A stretch of 63,177 bases of DNA, counting the filler, from Chiloscyllium plagiosum (Eukaryota), in the NCBI RefSeq assembly GCF_004010195.1. It is 4 parts of one record of this genome, joined end to end, with 100 filler letters (N's around TTAATTAATTAA, not from the genome) between each part and the next. Parts side by side here need not be neighbours in the genome. Positions count along the whole stretch, not along the records: positions 45,166 to 60,912 come from NC_057716.1; positions 61,013 to 63,177 come from NC_057716.1; 2 more parts are not named here. One strand, 5' to 3'. Shown here one piece after another: positions 53,342-63,177 of the stretch. Position 1 is the first letter of the stretch; the number at the start of each line of letters is the position of its first letter. Both the position numbers and the translations under genes were made by a program. The notes beneath the pieces were generated by a model, which did not search any database, was not told the DNA's origin, and saw only the letters and a program-made list of their open reading frames with translations.

Positions 53342-56300
53342 ACAGAGTAGAGTTGCCTCTTATTGGTCATTTCTGCCATATATCACAGATACAGTGAAAA
53401 AAGGATCAAGGATGCTACACGGACAGCACAGACTACACAATTGCACACAGAATAAAGTGCACAAGAAGTGCAAAACATGCAAATGACAGTGTAATAAAAG
53501 ATTGATAATTAATAGACATTTTTCTAGCAGCAATTCAAAGTCATGCAAAGAATTTAGATGGAAAAGAGTCCGATCATACAGAGTTAAGGAGCCTGATGGC
53601 TTGGGGGAAGAAACGTTCCACAGTCTGGCCACGAGAGACTGAATGTTCTGGTATCTTCTACCAGATGGCAGGAGGGAGAAGAGTTTGAATGAGGGGTATG
53701 TGGGGCCTTCCACAATGCTGCCAGCCTTGCAAATGCAGAGCGTGGTGTAAATGTCTATAACGGAGAGAAGAGAGACCCCGATGATCTTCTCAGCTGTCCT
53801 CACTATCTGATGTAGGGTCTTATGATCTGCAATGGTACTCTCAATGAACCCTCTGTAAAATGTGGTGAGGTGGGGCAGTGGGAGGTGGGCTTTCCTCAAC
53901 CTACACAAAAAGTAGAGATGCTGCTGAGCTTTCTTGGCTATGCAGCTGGTGTTGAGGGACCAGGTGAGATTCTCCACCAGGTGGACGCCAAGAAGTTTGG
54001 TGCTCTTCAAGATTTCCACGGGGGAGCCGTCAATGTCAAGTGGAGAGTGGTCATTCTGTGCCCTCCTGAAGTCAACAACCATCGCTTTCATTTTGTTCAC
54101 ATTCAGAGACAGTTTGTTGGCTCTGCACCAGTCTGTTTGCCGCTGCACCTCCTCTCCGTATGCTGGCTCATCGTTCATGCTGATGAGATCCACGACGGTC
54201 GTGACATCAGCGAACTTAATGACATGATTCGAGCTGTGCATCGCTGCACAGTCGTGTGTCAGCAGGGTAAACAGCAGTGGACTGAACACTCAGCCCTGGG
54301 GGGCTCCCATGCTCAGTGAGATGGTGGGGGGAGATCTGTTCCCAATCCAGATGGATTGAGGTCTCCCAGTCAGGAAATCCAGGATCCAGTTACACAGGAA
54401 GGTGTTCAAGTCCAGCAGACTCAGCTTTCCAATCTGAGGAAAGATAGTGTTAAATGCAGAACTGTTTTCTAAGAAAAGTTATCTGATGTAAGGGTCCTTC
54501 TTGTCCAGGTGGGTAAGGGCCAGATGGAATGTGGTAGAAATGGCATCATCTATTGAGCAATTGGACAATACGCGAACTGCAGGGTGTCCACTGCGGGGGC
54601 AGCAGGGTCTTAATATGTCTCATCATGATCCTCTCTAAACATTTCATGACGATGGGGCGCAATGGGGCCAGTAGTCATTGCGCCAGGATGCCGAAGACTT
54701 CTTCAGCACAGGGACGATGGTAGTGGCCTTGAAGCACGTTGGATCTGCGGTGCAGCTCAGGGAGATATTGAAGATGTCTGTGGGATCATCAGTCAGTACG
54801 TCAGAGCATCCTCTGAGCACTCTGCCAGGGATGTTCTCTGATCCAGCAGCCTTCAGTGGGTTGACTCTGCAAAGAGCTTTCCTCACATTGGCCATGGTAA
54901 GACACAGCACCTGGTCATGGCAGAGGGGTGGGAGGGGGGTGTCTTCCTCGCTCCCATGTCATTTCATGTGTCAAACCATGCATAGAAGTTGTTCACTCAT
55001 CCGGGAGGGAGGCATCACCAACACAGGCAAACAATGCTGTTCTGTGGTTGGTGACGGCCTGGATGCACGCTTATCACGCTTCCACCTCCTCACACACCGC
55101 TTCTGATGTCTCAAGACCTGGCCACCGGCATCAGGTGAGGCCAAGGACTGGAGGCCTGGTCTCCGAAGCAAGCCGAGATCGCGTAGCTCCTGCTACAGCT
55201 CTCCATCCAGGTACATTTTCAGCCAGTTCCTGTATTATAGCAGTGTTTGCAGACTGAAACAGTGTCTGCAAATACTAGGTTTCGTGGTTCTCCTGGTATT
55301 TATTAGCTCTCGGTCCACATGCGCCACGTATCGCTGCTGTCCTGAAAGTTGCCATGCATTCTCTGTGCATGTGCCACATTTTGCCTCTTTGATGGCCAGG
55401 GTCAGGTTGGTCCTTGCTGTTGTTAGGGCCACCTGGTCATCTGCTCTGAAGGCGGAATCATGGGTCCTCAGCAGCGCACTCACCTTTGCCGTCATCCACG
55501 GCTTCTGGTTTGGGGGAGAAGGGATGGTCTTGGACACAGTGACGCCGTCAATGCACTTACTAATGTAGCAAATCACTGACACTATGTACTCCTGTAAGTT
55601 GATGGAATCGCCATTGGTTGCTGCCTCCTTAAACACGTGCCAGTGTGCTCAACACACTCTTGAAGAGCAGAAATGGCTCCTGCTGGCCAGGTTTTCACCT
55701 GCTTCAGAACCAGTTCTACATGTCTGACAAGCAGTCTGTATGCTGGAATTAGTATAATGGAGATGTGGTCTGAGGAGCCAAGGTGGGGCTGGGGCTCTGC
55801 TCAATAGGCGTTGGGATGTTTGTATAAACCAGACTCAGCGTGTTCTCCCCTCTCGTTACCAAGTCCGTATGATGATGGAATTTAGGGAGCACGGTCTTGA
55901 GATCCGCATGGTTGAAATCTCCAGCAACATTAAACAGTCCATCAGGATGTGCGTTCTGCAGTCCGCTAATAGCCGCATAGAGTTTGCAGTGTGTTTCCTT
56001 AGCATTAGCATAGGGAGGAATATACATCCTCCGTATAAGGACAGCAGTGAATTCCCGGGGCAAATAAAATGGTTTGCATCTAACAGTCACAAACTCCAGC
56101 AGTGATGAGCAATAACTGCAGACTAGCACGGAGTCTTTGCACTATTTCGTGTTGATGTAGACACACCGATCCCATCCCGAGCCTTACTCCACAGGGCTGT
56201 GTTTCTGTCGGCGCATAACAAGGCAAGCCCATCCAGCTGGATGATGGTTTCTGGAACTCTGTCGCTGAGTCACATTCCCGTGAAAACAAAGACGCAGTGG

Positions 56301-56730
56301 TCTCTGAACTCATGCTGTGACACAGGCTGTAGTCTGATGCAGTCCAGCTTGTTGTCCAGGGAGCAATCATTGGAGAGCAGAATGGATGGGAGGGCTGGCC
56401 AGTTAGGGTTTGTTTTAAGTTTAGCACAAACTCCTGAACACTTATCATGTATCCACCCCCTCATACACCGCTTCCGATGCCACAAGACCCGGCCATCGGC
56501 ATCAGGCAAGGCCGAGGACTGGAGGCCTGCTCTTCGAAGCAAGCCGAGATCGCATAGCTCCTGCTGCAACTCTCTATCCAGGTACGTTTCCAGCCAGGTC
56601 CTGTATTATAGCAGTGTTTGCAGACTGTAACAGTGTCTGCAAACACTGGATTTCTTATTTCTCCAGGAATGTATTAGCTCTCAGTCCAGAGAGGCCACTG
56701 CGAGCTGCTTTCATGCCGCCATCTTGGTAA
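53342..56730 (-). mobile_element. Near full-length decayed Rex1/Babar-type LINE inserted in a CR1 tail
   Basis: 5' CCAAGATGGCGGC. APE motifs ALPSILLSN..SLDNKLD, CKPFYLPREFTA, AGDFNHA; RT motifs SPLLFTLLTHDC, IKFAD, KKAQQHLYFL, LLPSGRRY. CR1 sequence resumes on both sides. Confidence 0.88.
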
Positions 56731-56858
56731 CTTGCTGTGGTAAGCCTATGGAATTCTCTACCATAATTCGAATGTTCTCAAGAAGTTAGATTTAGTTCTT
56801 AGGGATAGGACATCAAAAGATATGGCGAGAAAGCAGAAACAGGGTACTGAGTAGATTG

Positions 56859-57058
56859 GGAGACAGTGAGGTCTGCAGATGCTGGAGATCAGAGTTGAGA
56901 ATGTGCTGCTGGAAAAGCACAGCAGGTCAGGCAGCATCTGGGGAGGAGGAAAATTGATGCTTCGGGCAGGAGTCATTCATCAGGAATGAGACTGGGAGTC
57001 TCGGGGGGTGGAGAGATAAATGGGAGGGGGTGGGCTGGGGAGAAGGTAGCTGAGAGAA
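56859..57058 (-). mobile_element. PLE family A tail insert with degenerate 16-bp TSD
   Basis: ggtactgagtagattg (56843-56858) / ggtactgagcaggttg (57059-57074). Confidence 0.75.
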
Positions 57059-58439
57059 GGTACTGAGCAGGTTGATCAGCCACGATCATATTGAATGGCA
57101 GAGGGAACTTGAAGGGTTGACTGACTCCTATTTTCTCTGATGTTGACCACGTAACTATTATCAATTGTTGTAAAAACCCATCTGGCTCATGAAAGGCTAT
57201 TTGGAAAAGGACATTTGCCATCCTTACCTGGTCTGGCCTATACATGACTCCAAATCTATGGAAAAATGTGATCCACTCTTAACTGCCCTCCGACGTGGCC
57301 TAGCCAGCCAACCAGCTCTAGGGCAATTAAAGATGGCAACAAATGCTGGCCTATCAGCAATACTGACATCCCATACCTGAAATTATTTTGAAAACTGACT
57401 TACACTCAGCTGCCTTTTGGGAGAGAGAGGTCAGACTTTCACCTCCCTGGATGATGAATATGTGTTTCCTTATACCATCACTAATCGGCCTAGCTCAAAA
57501 TGGCCCAGACGGAGGCCCTGCACCTTAAACCCGGGGGAAATAATTTATCCTCGCCAAACCTTTATTCAACTTAAAACAAATTGTACCTTTCCAGAAAAGT
57601 CATCTTTCAGTCAATATTGATGTAACAGCACCATCCTGACTATCCAGAGCTGGGTTTGCAATATTTTCTCACAGGGCTGAGCAGATTTCAGAAAGAGAGT
57701 GTTTCGCACAATAGCAAAGTTTGAAATTCAAAAACAGAGCAGTGCCAAAGCAAAGTGGATAAATGAAACGAGTAATTAGTAGAACTTGGCCACTAAAGTT
57801 GCTAAGCAGCAGAAGTAGCAAAACTGATTCTTTGCCACCTTGGTTAAGGAGCAGAGCTAGAGAGACAGACTGGGCCCAAGTCCTAATCACCTGGGAAGTG
57901 GGTGGGCCTGGTGTCACACACTCTGAGCTGGTCTCAGGGTAACTCATGTAAAGGTGAGGCTGGCAGCATCTTGCATTTCTTCCTCTCCCAACTTTGTGAA
58001 AGTGTGTTTGGACAGCAGCAGGAAAGGGATAATGGGAATGTATCCAGATGGCTCTATCAGGATTTATTCTCTCTCACACGCTCCCATCAACCCCTAGTCC
58101 TAATGTCCCCCACACACTGTCAATCTACCTCCCTCCCACCAACACAGCCCCTTTCTTTCACCCTCACTCTTGCTCCCTCCCATCCACTGATACATTCCCT
58201 CCCTCCCATTCCGTTACTTTCCCTCCCACTCTCAATTCCTCGCACATCCACTCACACTCTTTCTACTTCCTTCCTTTTTAGTCACCTACTGTCATGTACA
58301 CCCCTCCTACACACACACACACACACACCGTCCCTCGTTCCCATAAACTCAATGAGCCCAACAGCAAGTGCCAATTGCTTTGACTTGACAGAGGGTTTTT
58401 CCTCTGCTCCCAATGCCCACCAGCATCTTGTCATTGCCC

Positions 58440-58720
58440 AGTGAGGGGCTGTCACAGATAGGCAAGCATTTGGGCCTTTCCAAAAATGAGCTTTTCTTTG
58501 CAGTCAATGAAAGTGTGCACAGACAAAAACAAGTAGCTGCAGTTCTCCCCCACAAACTAAGAGCTGACATTGTGACCAATGACCTATTCTACATTCCATG
58601 ATGGTCTGCTGCACCCAGCTCTCATCAATTGCAACTGGACATCAAACCAGGTCCTGTCTGCCCTGCAGCATCCACAAGGGGAGCTTCCTCCTTCCCAGTG
58701 TCCTCATCTTCAGCTCTGTT
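58440..58720 (-). pseudogene. Possible Myb/SANT-like accessory gene remnant of the same Harbinger
   Basis: VTMSALSLWGRTAA followed by a basic stretch, directly downstream of the transposase. Confidence 0.35.
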
Positions 58721-58739
58721 CCTATTCTCCCAGTTCTGC

Positions 58740-59450
58740 AGCAGATATAACAGGGTCACGTTGCCTGGCCCAAGTGTGCAGAGCCAGCACACCAGGGTGA
58801 TGCAGCACCCTCTTGTCTGGCGTATACTGCAACCTCCCTTCCAGAGCAGTGCAAGCCGTCTTCCACAGTCCTGGGCAGAATTGAATCTGCACTCAGTCAG
58901 GAGGTCGCATAATGGTTTTATTAGCCATGGTAGCAATGGGTAACCCTTATCTCCCTATAACCTGCTTTGTAAGGCACCTGGACCCTCAAACACGCCAGCT
59001 GCATGACAGTGCGCCGGGATGTGGGAGCTGTGGAAACTGCCAGGATCGTGGGCACACTCCACCGGGATGTGGAACCAGATCCTCCGAACACGAATGGAAA
59101 GAAATCCCTTCCTGTTGAGGAGTTCCATGGTGTTGTGATAAGGCCCCTTCAGGGCAATGTGGCTATAGCTGATGGCACCCTGTACCTGAAGGAACCCAGC
59201 TACACCCCTGAATCTGACAGCCCAGGCCACAGCATCAGGACAACAGAATGAACCAGTGAGGTCTTGTACAGATGGTCCTGAAATGTTGATTGGTGCACGG
59301 CTGAGAGATCCCACAAAGGCCCACCCACCTATTGTTCCCTGGAAGGAACCAGATTTGCAGATAGTCAGAGTGGCAGTCACTTTCACAGGTCCTCCCAGTC
59401 CTGCAGCTCTCTGAGCCTGATCTAGCATCCGGTACAGTTCAGAACCAGTG
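58740..59450 (-). pseudogene. Harbinger (HARBI1-like) DDE transposase remnant
   Basis: VKVTATL..SGSFQ, VAGFLQVQGAISYSHIALKGP..NRKGF, DPGSFH, GDKGYPLLPWLIKPL and GGLQYTP..ALH. Stops, frameshifts and lost catalytic aspartates. Confidence 0.85.
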
Positions 59451-60677
59451 TCCTGAGGGACTGCGTGATATCTCTCTCAGGCCCAGGGAGTGGATTCCAA
59501 TGTGAAAGAGCCTGGTCCTCCTGTACCTGCCTTTGCCTCACGAGCAAGGCAGCCACTGTGGCCAACATGCCAGCTGTGGTGGCATCCACGGGTGTTACTG
59601 GCAGGGACCTTGCTGGGAAGATAAGGAAGCGGGAAGATAAGGAAGATAGGAGCAGGGTCCATGCTGGAATCCCCTGCAATGATGGCTGGAGACACTCCTC
59701 CACACAACAGGCCAGACAGGGTCCCGACAGACAGGGTCCCACCAACAAGGCCGCTTGATGGAGCTCTCAAGGCTCTTTGGGATAGCCACCTATTTGGTCA
59801 AGATGATGAGCTTGTGCAATGAGCAATACCAGGTATTGCTTTGGGATTGCTGTATTTGCTCTGTACCCTTCCCCATCCCAGGCCCATACCAACGTGAAGT
59901 TCTTGTTGCATTCATTATACTGTCGTTTTATCATCAGCAAAGTGTAAGGGGAGGATGGGCTTCATGCCTCACACTGCAGCTTGAAGCCTTGTGGGTGCTG
60001 TGGTGATTGTGGTCTGCATCCCCCCCCCCCACCTCTTTTAAAGTCAGTTGCAATACTGAGTCCTTCACTGATGGTCACTGTCAATACCACCCATGTGTCC
60101 TGTAGCCATCCATGCCCTCCCATTTCTGTACCACTTGCCCATTATAGCCTGTCTTTCCCCTGTCACCACATTTGTCCCCACCTCAACACACGCTTTGGGT
60201 CTTCGCCATATTCCCCACAACTAGTTCTCAATGCCTTACATGTATTGTCACAGGACACACTCTCTGGTCCCAGATCCCTCATCCTCCTCCCCACTGCTCA
60301 ACATACAGACACCCAAGGCTGATTGCTCTCTGGCCTCCCAACTGACTTTTACAGATTTGCACAAGAAAACATGCCCCAGCCTCCTGTCCTGCCTGATGGA
60401 ATGTGATTGCTCAAGCTGCTGGTGAGGACCCTACAGCACTGAACCCAGTCCACTCCCTCGAAAGCAGTCAGAGAGATCCTGCAAATGGATGGGATAGGTG
60501 CCCTCAGGAATCAGAAATGGGACCATCAGGTACCCGCACTAGCGTTCACATCAGGAATTGTCAACATTTGGGATCGTTTCCGTGGATGGTGTTAATGAGC
60601 TGAGATTTGGCGTTAATCTGCAACCCACTGCTCCATAGTGAAAATCTGTCTCGGCACTGAGAAAATGCAACAGATTG

Positions 60678-60912
60678 TTCTCTCACACTCTCGCACCTTC
60701 CCTCCCTCCCTCACACACACATTCTCACACCTTCCCTCCCTCCCTCAGGTCCACACACTCTCACACCTTCCCTCCCCCACCCAAATACACTCACACGTTC
60801 CCTCTCTCACTCTCACACTCTCATACCTTCCCTCCTACTCTCACCCACACAATCTCACACCTTCCCTCCCTCCCTCACCCACAAACACTCACACCTTCCC
60901 TCCCTCTCTCGC
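60678..60912. repeat. CT/CA-rich minisatellite, unit like cacactctcacaccttccctccctcc
   Basis: About 7 degenerate units running into the gap. Confidence 0.85.
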
Positions 60913-61012
60913 NNNNNNNNNNNNNNNNNNNNNNNNNNNNNNNNNNNNNNNNNNNNTTAATTAATTAANNNNNNNNNNNNNNNNNNNNNNNNNNNNNNNN
61001 NNNNNNNNNNNN
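60913..61012. other. Artificial contig linker
   Basis: N44-TTAATTAATTAA-N44. Confidence 0.95.
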
Positions 61013-61171
61013 AAACAACAATATTTAATCATTTTCTTTTTATCTTTTGCCCTTGTACAAGTATTACTTGTCCAATCCCGCAACATCCTCCCCAACGGAC
61101 TTTCAGGAGGAATGTTACCAGGGACTTTTTCGTCCCTTACTCCGTTCTCAGCTACTCTGCCTACCCCCCAT
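61013..61171 (-). pseudogene. gag: ERV gag matrix N-terminus, frameshifted and cut by the gap
   Basis: The ATG at 61171 gives MGGRQSS (MGxxxS myristoylation consensus). An adjacent frame gives IPPESPLGRMLRDW..KDKKKMIKYCC. Confidence 0.8.
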
Positions 61172-61470
61172 TTTCCCGGGGCCCTCGCTAGTCCCCCAGC
61201 GAGTAAATTCCTCTTTTCCCGGCCACCAAGGCAATACTTAAAAGTCAATTTTCTTACCTTGGTCTGTGCACAGAGTTGCCTGGCCCCTTTTATCACCGTA
61301 TCTTCTATCGAGCTCCTATCACTGTCTGATTCAGATGTCTCTCTTATAGGATTCACATCAGTCACCCAAGGGAGCAGACCAAACCGGGACACGAGACCGC
61401 TCCTCAAAGGGGAACGGGACGCGTCTTCCCAGTGTCCAAGGCCAGCCACTCCCCCCGGTGATGGAAGAAA

Positions 61471-61488
61471 ATCCTGGACGAGCCCCCA
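61471..61488 (-). promoter_or_regulatory. tRNA-Pro primer binding site (PBS)
   Basis: TGGGGGCTCGTCCAGGAT matches the MLV-type PBS TGGGGGCTCGTCCGGGAT at 17/18 positions. It lies 2 nt after the LTR-terminal CA. Confidence 0.92.
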
Positions 61489-61490
61489 AT

Positions 61491-62085
61491 TGTGAGAAAC
61501 AAAAGCTCACTCACTTTAATAATTTCAGTCCGAGACCAAGTTTCTGAACAGCAGCGTCGTTTTATTTATACACCTATAGGTGGGTGCTTTGTCTAATTGC
61601 CAGGTAAGGCAATGACAAAATGCACAGTATACCCCAAAAAACCCTTGCAATTTATGCAGTTTTTTCCCATATGTTTTCTTATTCCATTGTTTGTTCCCTG
61701 CTTCGCTTACGTCACTCATTTCCTTAAGACTTATCCCACAACTTCTGTTTATCCTGTCTTGTCCGTGACAAACTCTTATCTCTGACTCCCATAAGGGTGT
61801 TTGACGTCAGTCTATTGTAGATTATTGATTAAGCATATCTTTTCTTCTATCAGCATCTATTTCCATCCAGAGGCCACTTTGACCTCTTTGATTAGGGTTT
61901 GTTCCTGTGTCCCCGTGTAAGGGGGAAACAGATGCTTTCCTGTTTGCCCATACATCCACCATTGTTCTGTAATCACGTCTTATGCTAACATATCCTTTTT
62001 TTTTGCTGAATATATATTTTCTCATTCCTGTTCTGTATCAGAATTTATAGTTGCAGAAATAACATTAACTCATTTATATCCCACA
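61491..62085 (-). mobile_element. ERV 5' LTR (about 595 bp)
   Basis: TGTGGGA...TCTCACA termini, TATAAATA at about 61570-61563, ATTAAA at about 61520-61515. It abuts CR1 at 62086. Confidence 0.85.
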
Positions 62086-63177
62086 CACCTGAATTGGAAA
62101 GGGACTAATGTACTGGCAGGGAGATTTCCTAGAGCTACTCAGGAGGATTTAAACTAGTGGGTTGGGGGGCCGGTGAGACCCAGAGAGATAGGGAGGGAAG
62201 AGATCAATCTGAGATTGGTACAGTTGAGAAAAGAACCGAATCAAACAGTCAGGACAGGGAGGGACAAAGCAGAGAGCAAGGTAAGACTGATAAATTAAAC
62301 TGCATTTATTTCAATGCAAGAGGCCTAACAGCGAAAGCCAGTGAACTCAGGGCATGGTTAGGAACATGGGACTGGGATATCATAGCAATTACCAAAACAT
62401 TGCTCAGGACTGGCAGCTTAACGTTCCAGGATACAAATCCTACAAGAAGGATAGAAAGGGAGGCAAGAGAGTAGGGGGAGTGGTGATTTTGTTAAGGAAA
62501 GGCTGGCAGGTATAGGGAATGCTGGATGACTAAAGAAATTAAGGATTTGGATAAGAAAAAAAAGGAAGCATATGTCAGATTTAGACAGGATAGATCGAGT
62601 GAATCCTTAGAAGAGTATCAAGACAGTAGGAGTACACTCAAGAGGAAAATCAGGAGAACAAAAAGGGGACATGAGATAGCTATGGCAAATAGGGCCCCAC
62701 AAAGATCAGCAAAAGACAGCTTATGTGTGGAGCTGCAGGGTATGGGGGAGATACTACATTTTGCATCAGTATTTACTGTGGAAAAGGATATGGAAGATAT
62801 AGAATGTAGGGGAATACATAGTGACATCTTGAAAAATGTCCATATTACAGAGGAGGAACTGCTGGCTGATTTGAAATGCATAAAAGTGGATAAATCCCCA
62901 AGACCTGATCAGGTGTACCTTGAACCCTGCAGGAAGCTAGGGAAGAGATTGCTGGGCCCCTTGCTGAGATGTTTGCACAGGTGAGATAGTCACAGGTAAG
63001 GTGCTGGAAGATTGTATGTTAGCTAATGTGCCACTGTTTAAGAAAGATGGTAGGGACAAGCCAGGGTACTATAGACCGGTGAGTCTAATGTCAGTGGTGG
63101 GCAAGTTTTTGGAGGGAATCCTGAGGGACAGGATGTACATGTATTTGGAAAGGCAAGGACTGATCAGAGATAGTCAA
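62086..63177 (+). mobile_element. CR1/HER1 with internal deletions
   Basis: LNCIYFNARGL..WDIIAIT and KVDKSPRPDQVY. Confidence 0.9.

Overview
This is eukaryotic, repeat-dense DNA from a cartilaginous fish. The shark assignment is inferred from HE1-type tRNA SINEs with (CTAAT)n tails and abundant HER1/CR1 LINEs. The only host gene I can support is an axonemal dynein heavy chain, most like DNAH7, on the minus strand. It contributes three phase-consistent internal exons (27101-26975, 25307-25113, 21158-21066). The rest is intron-like sequence packed with transposons: many CR1/HER1 fragments, HE1 SINEs, several Penelope-like element (PLE) families, a near full-length decayed Rex1/Babar LINE, decayed Harbinger elements, two pogo/Tigger-like MITEs, a solo LTR, and the 5' end of a class I ERV (LTR, tRNA-Pro PBS, splice donor, gag start). 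The most notable pattern is about ten short PLE-derived insertions with 12-18 bp target-site duplications (TSDs), many of them fold-back structures. They carry minimal hammerhead-ribozyme cores in three sequence-distinct families. Three N44-TTAATTAATTAA-N44 blocks are artificial contig linkers, so adjacency across them is uncertain. All assignments are by eye; no searches were run, and most transposon boundaries are approximate.
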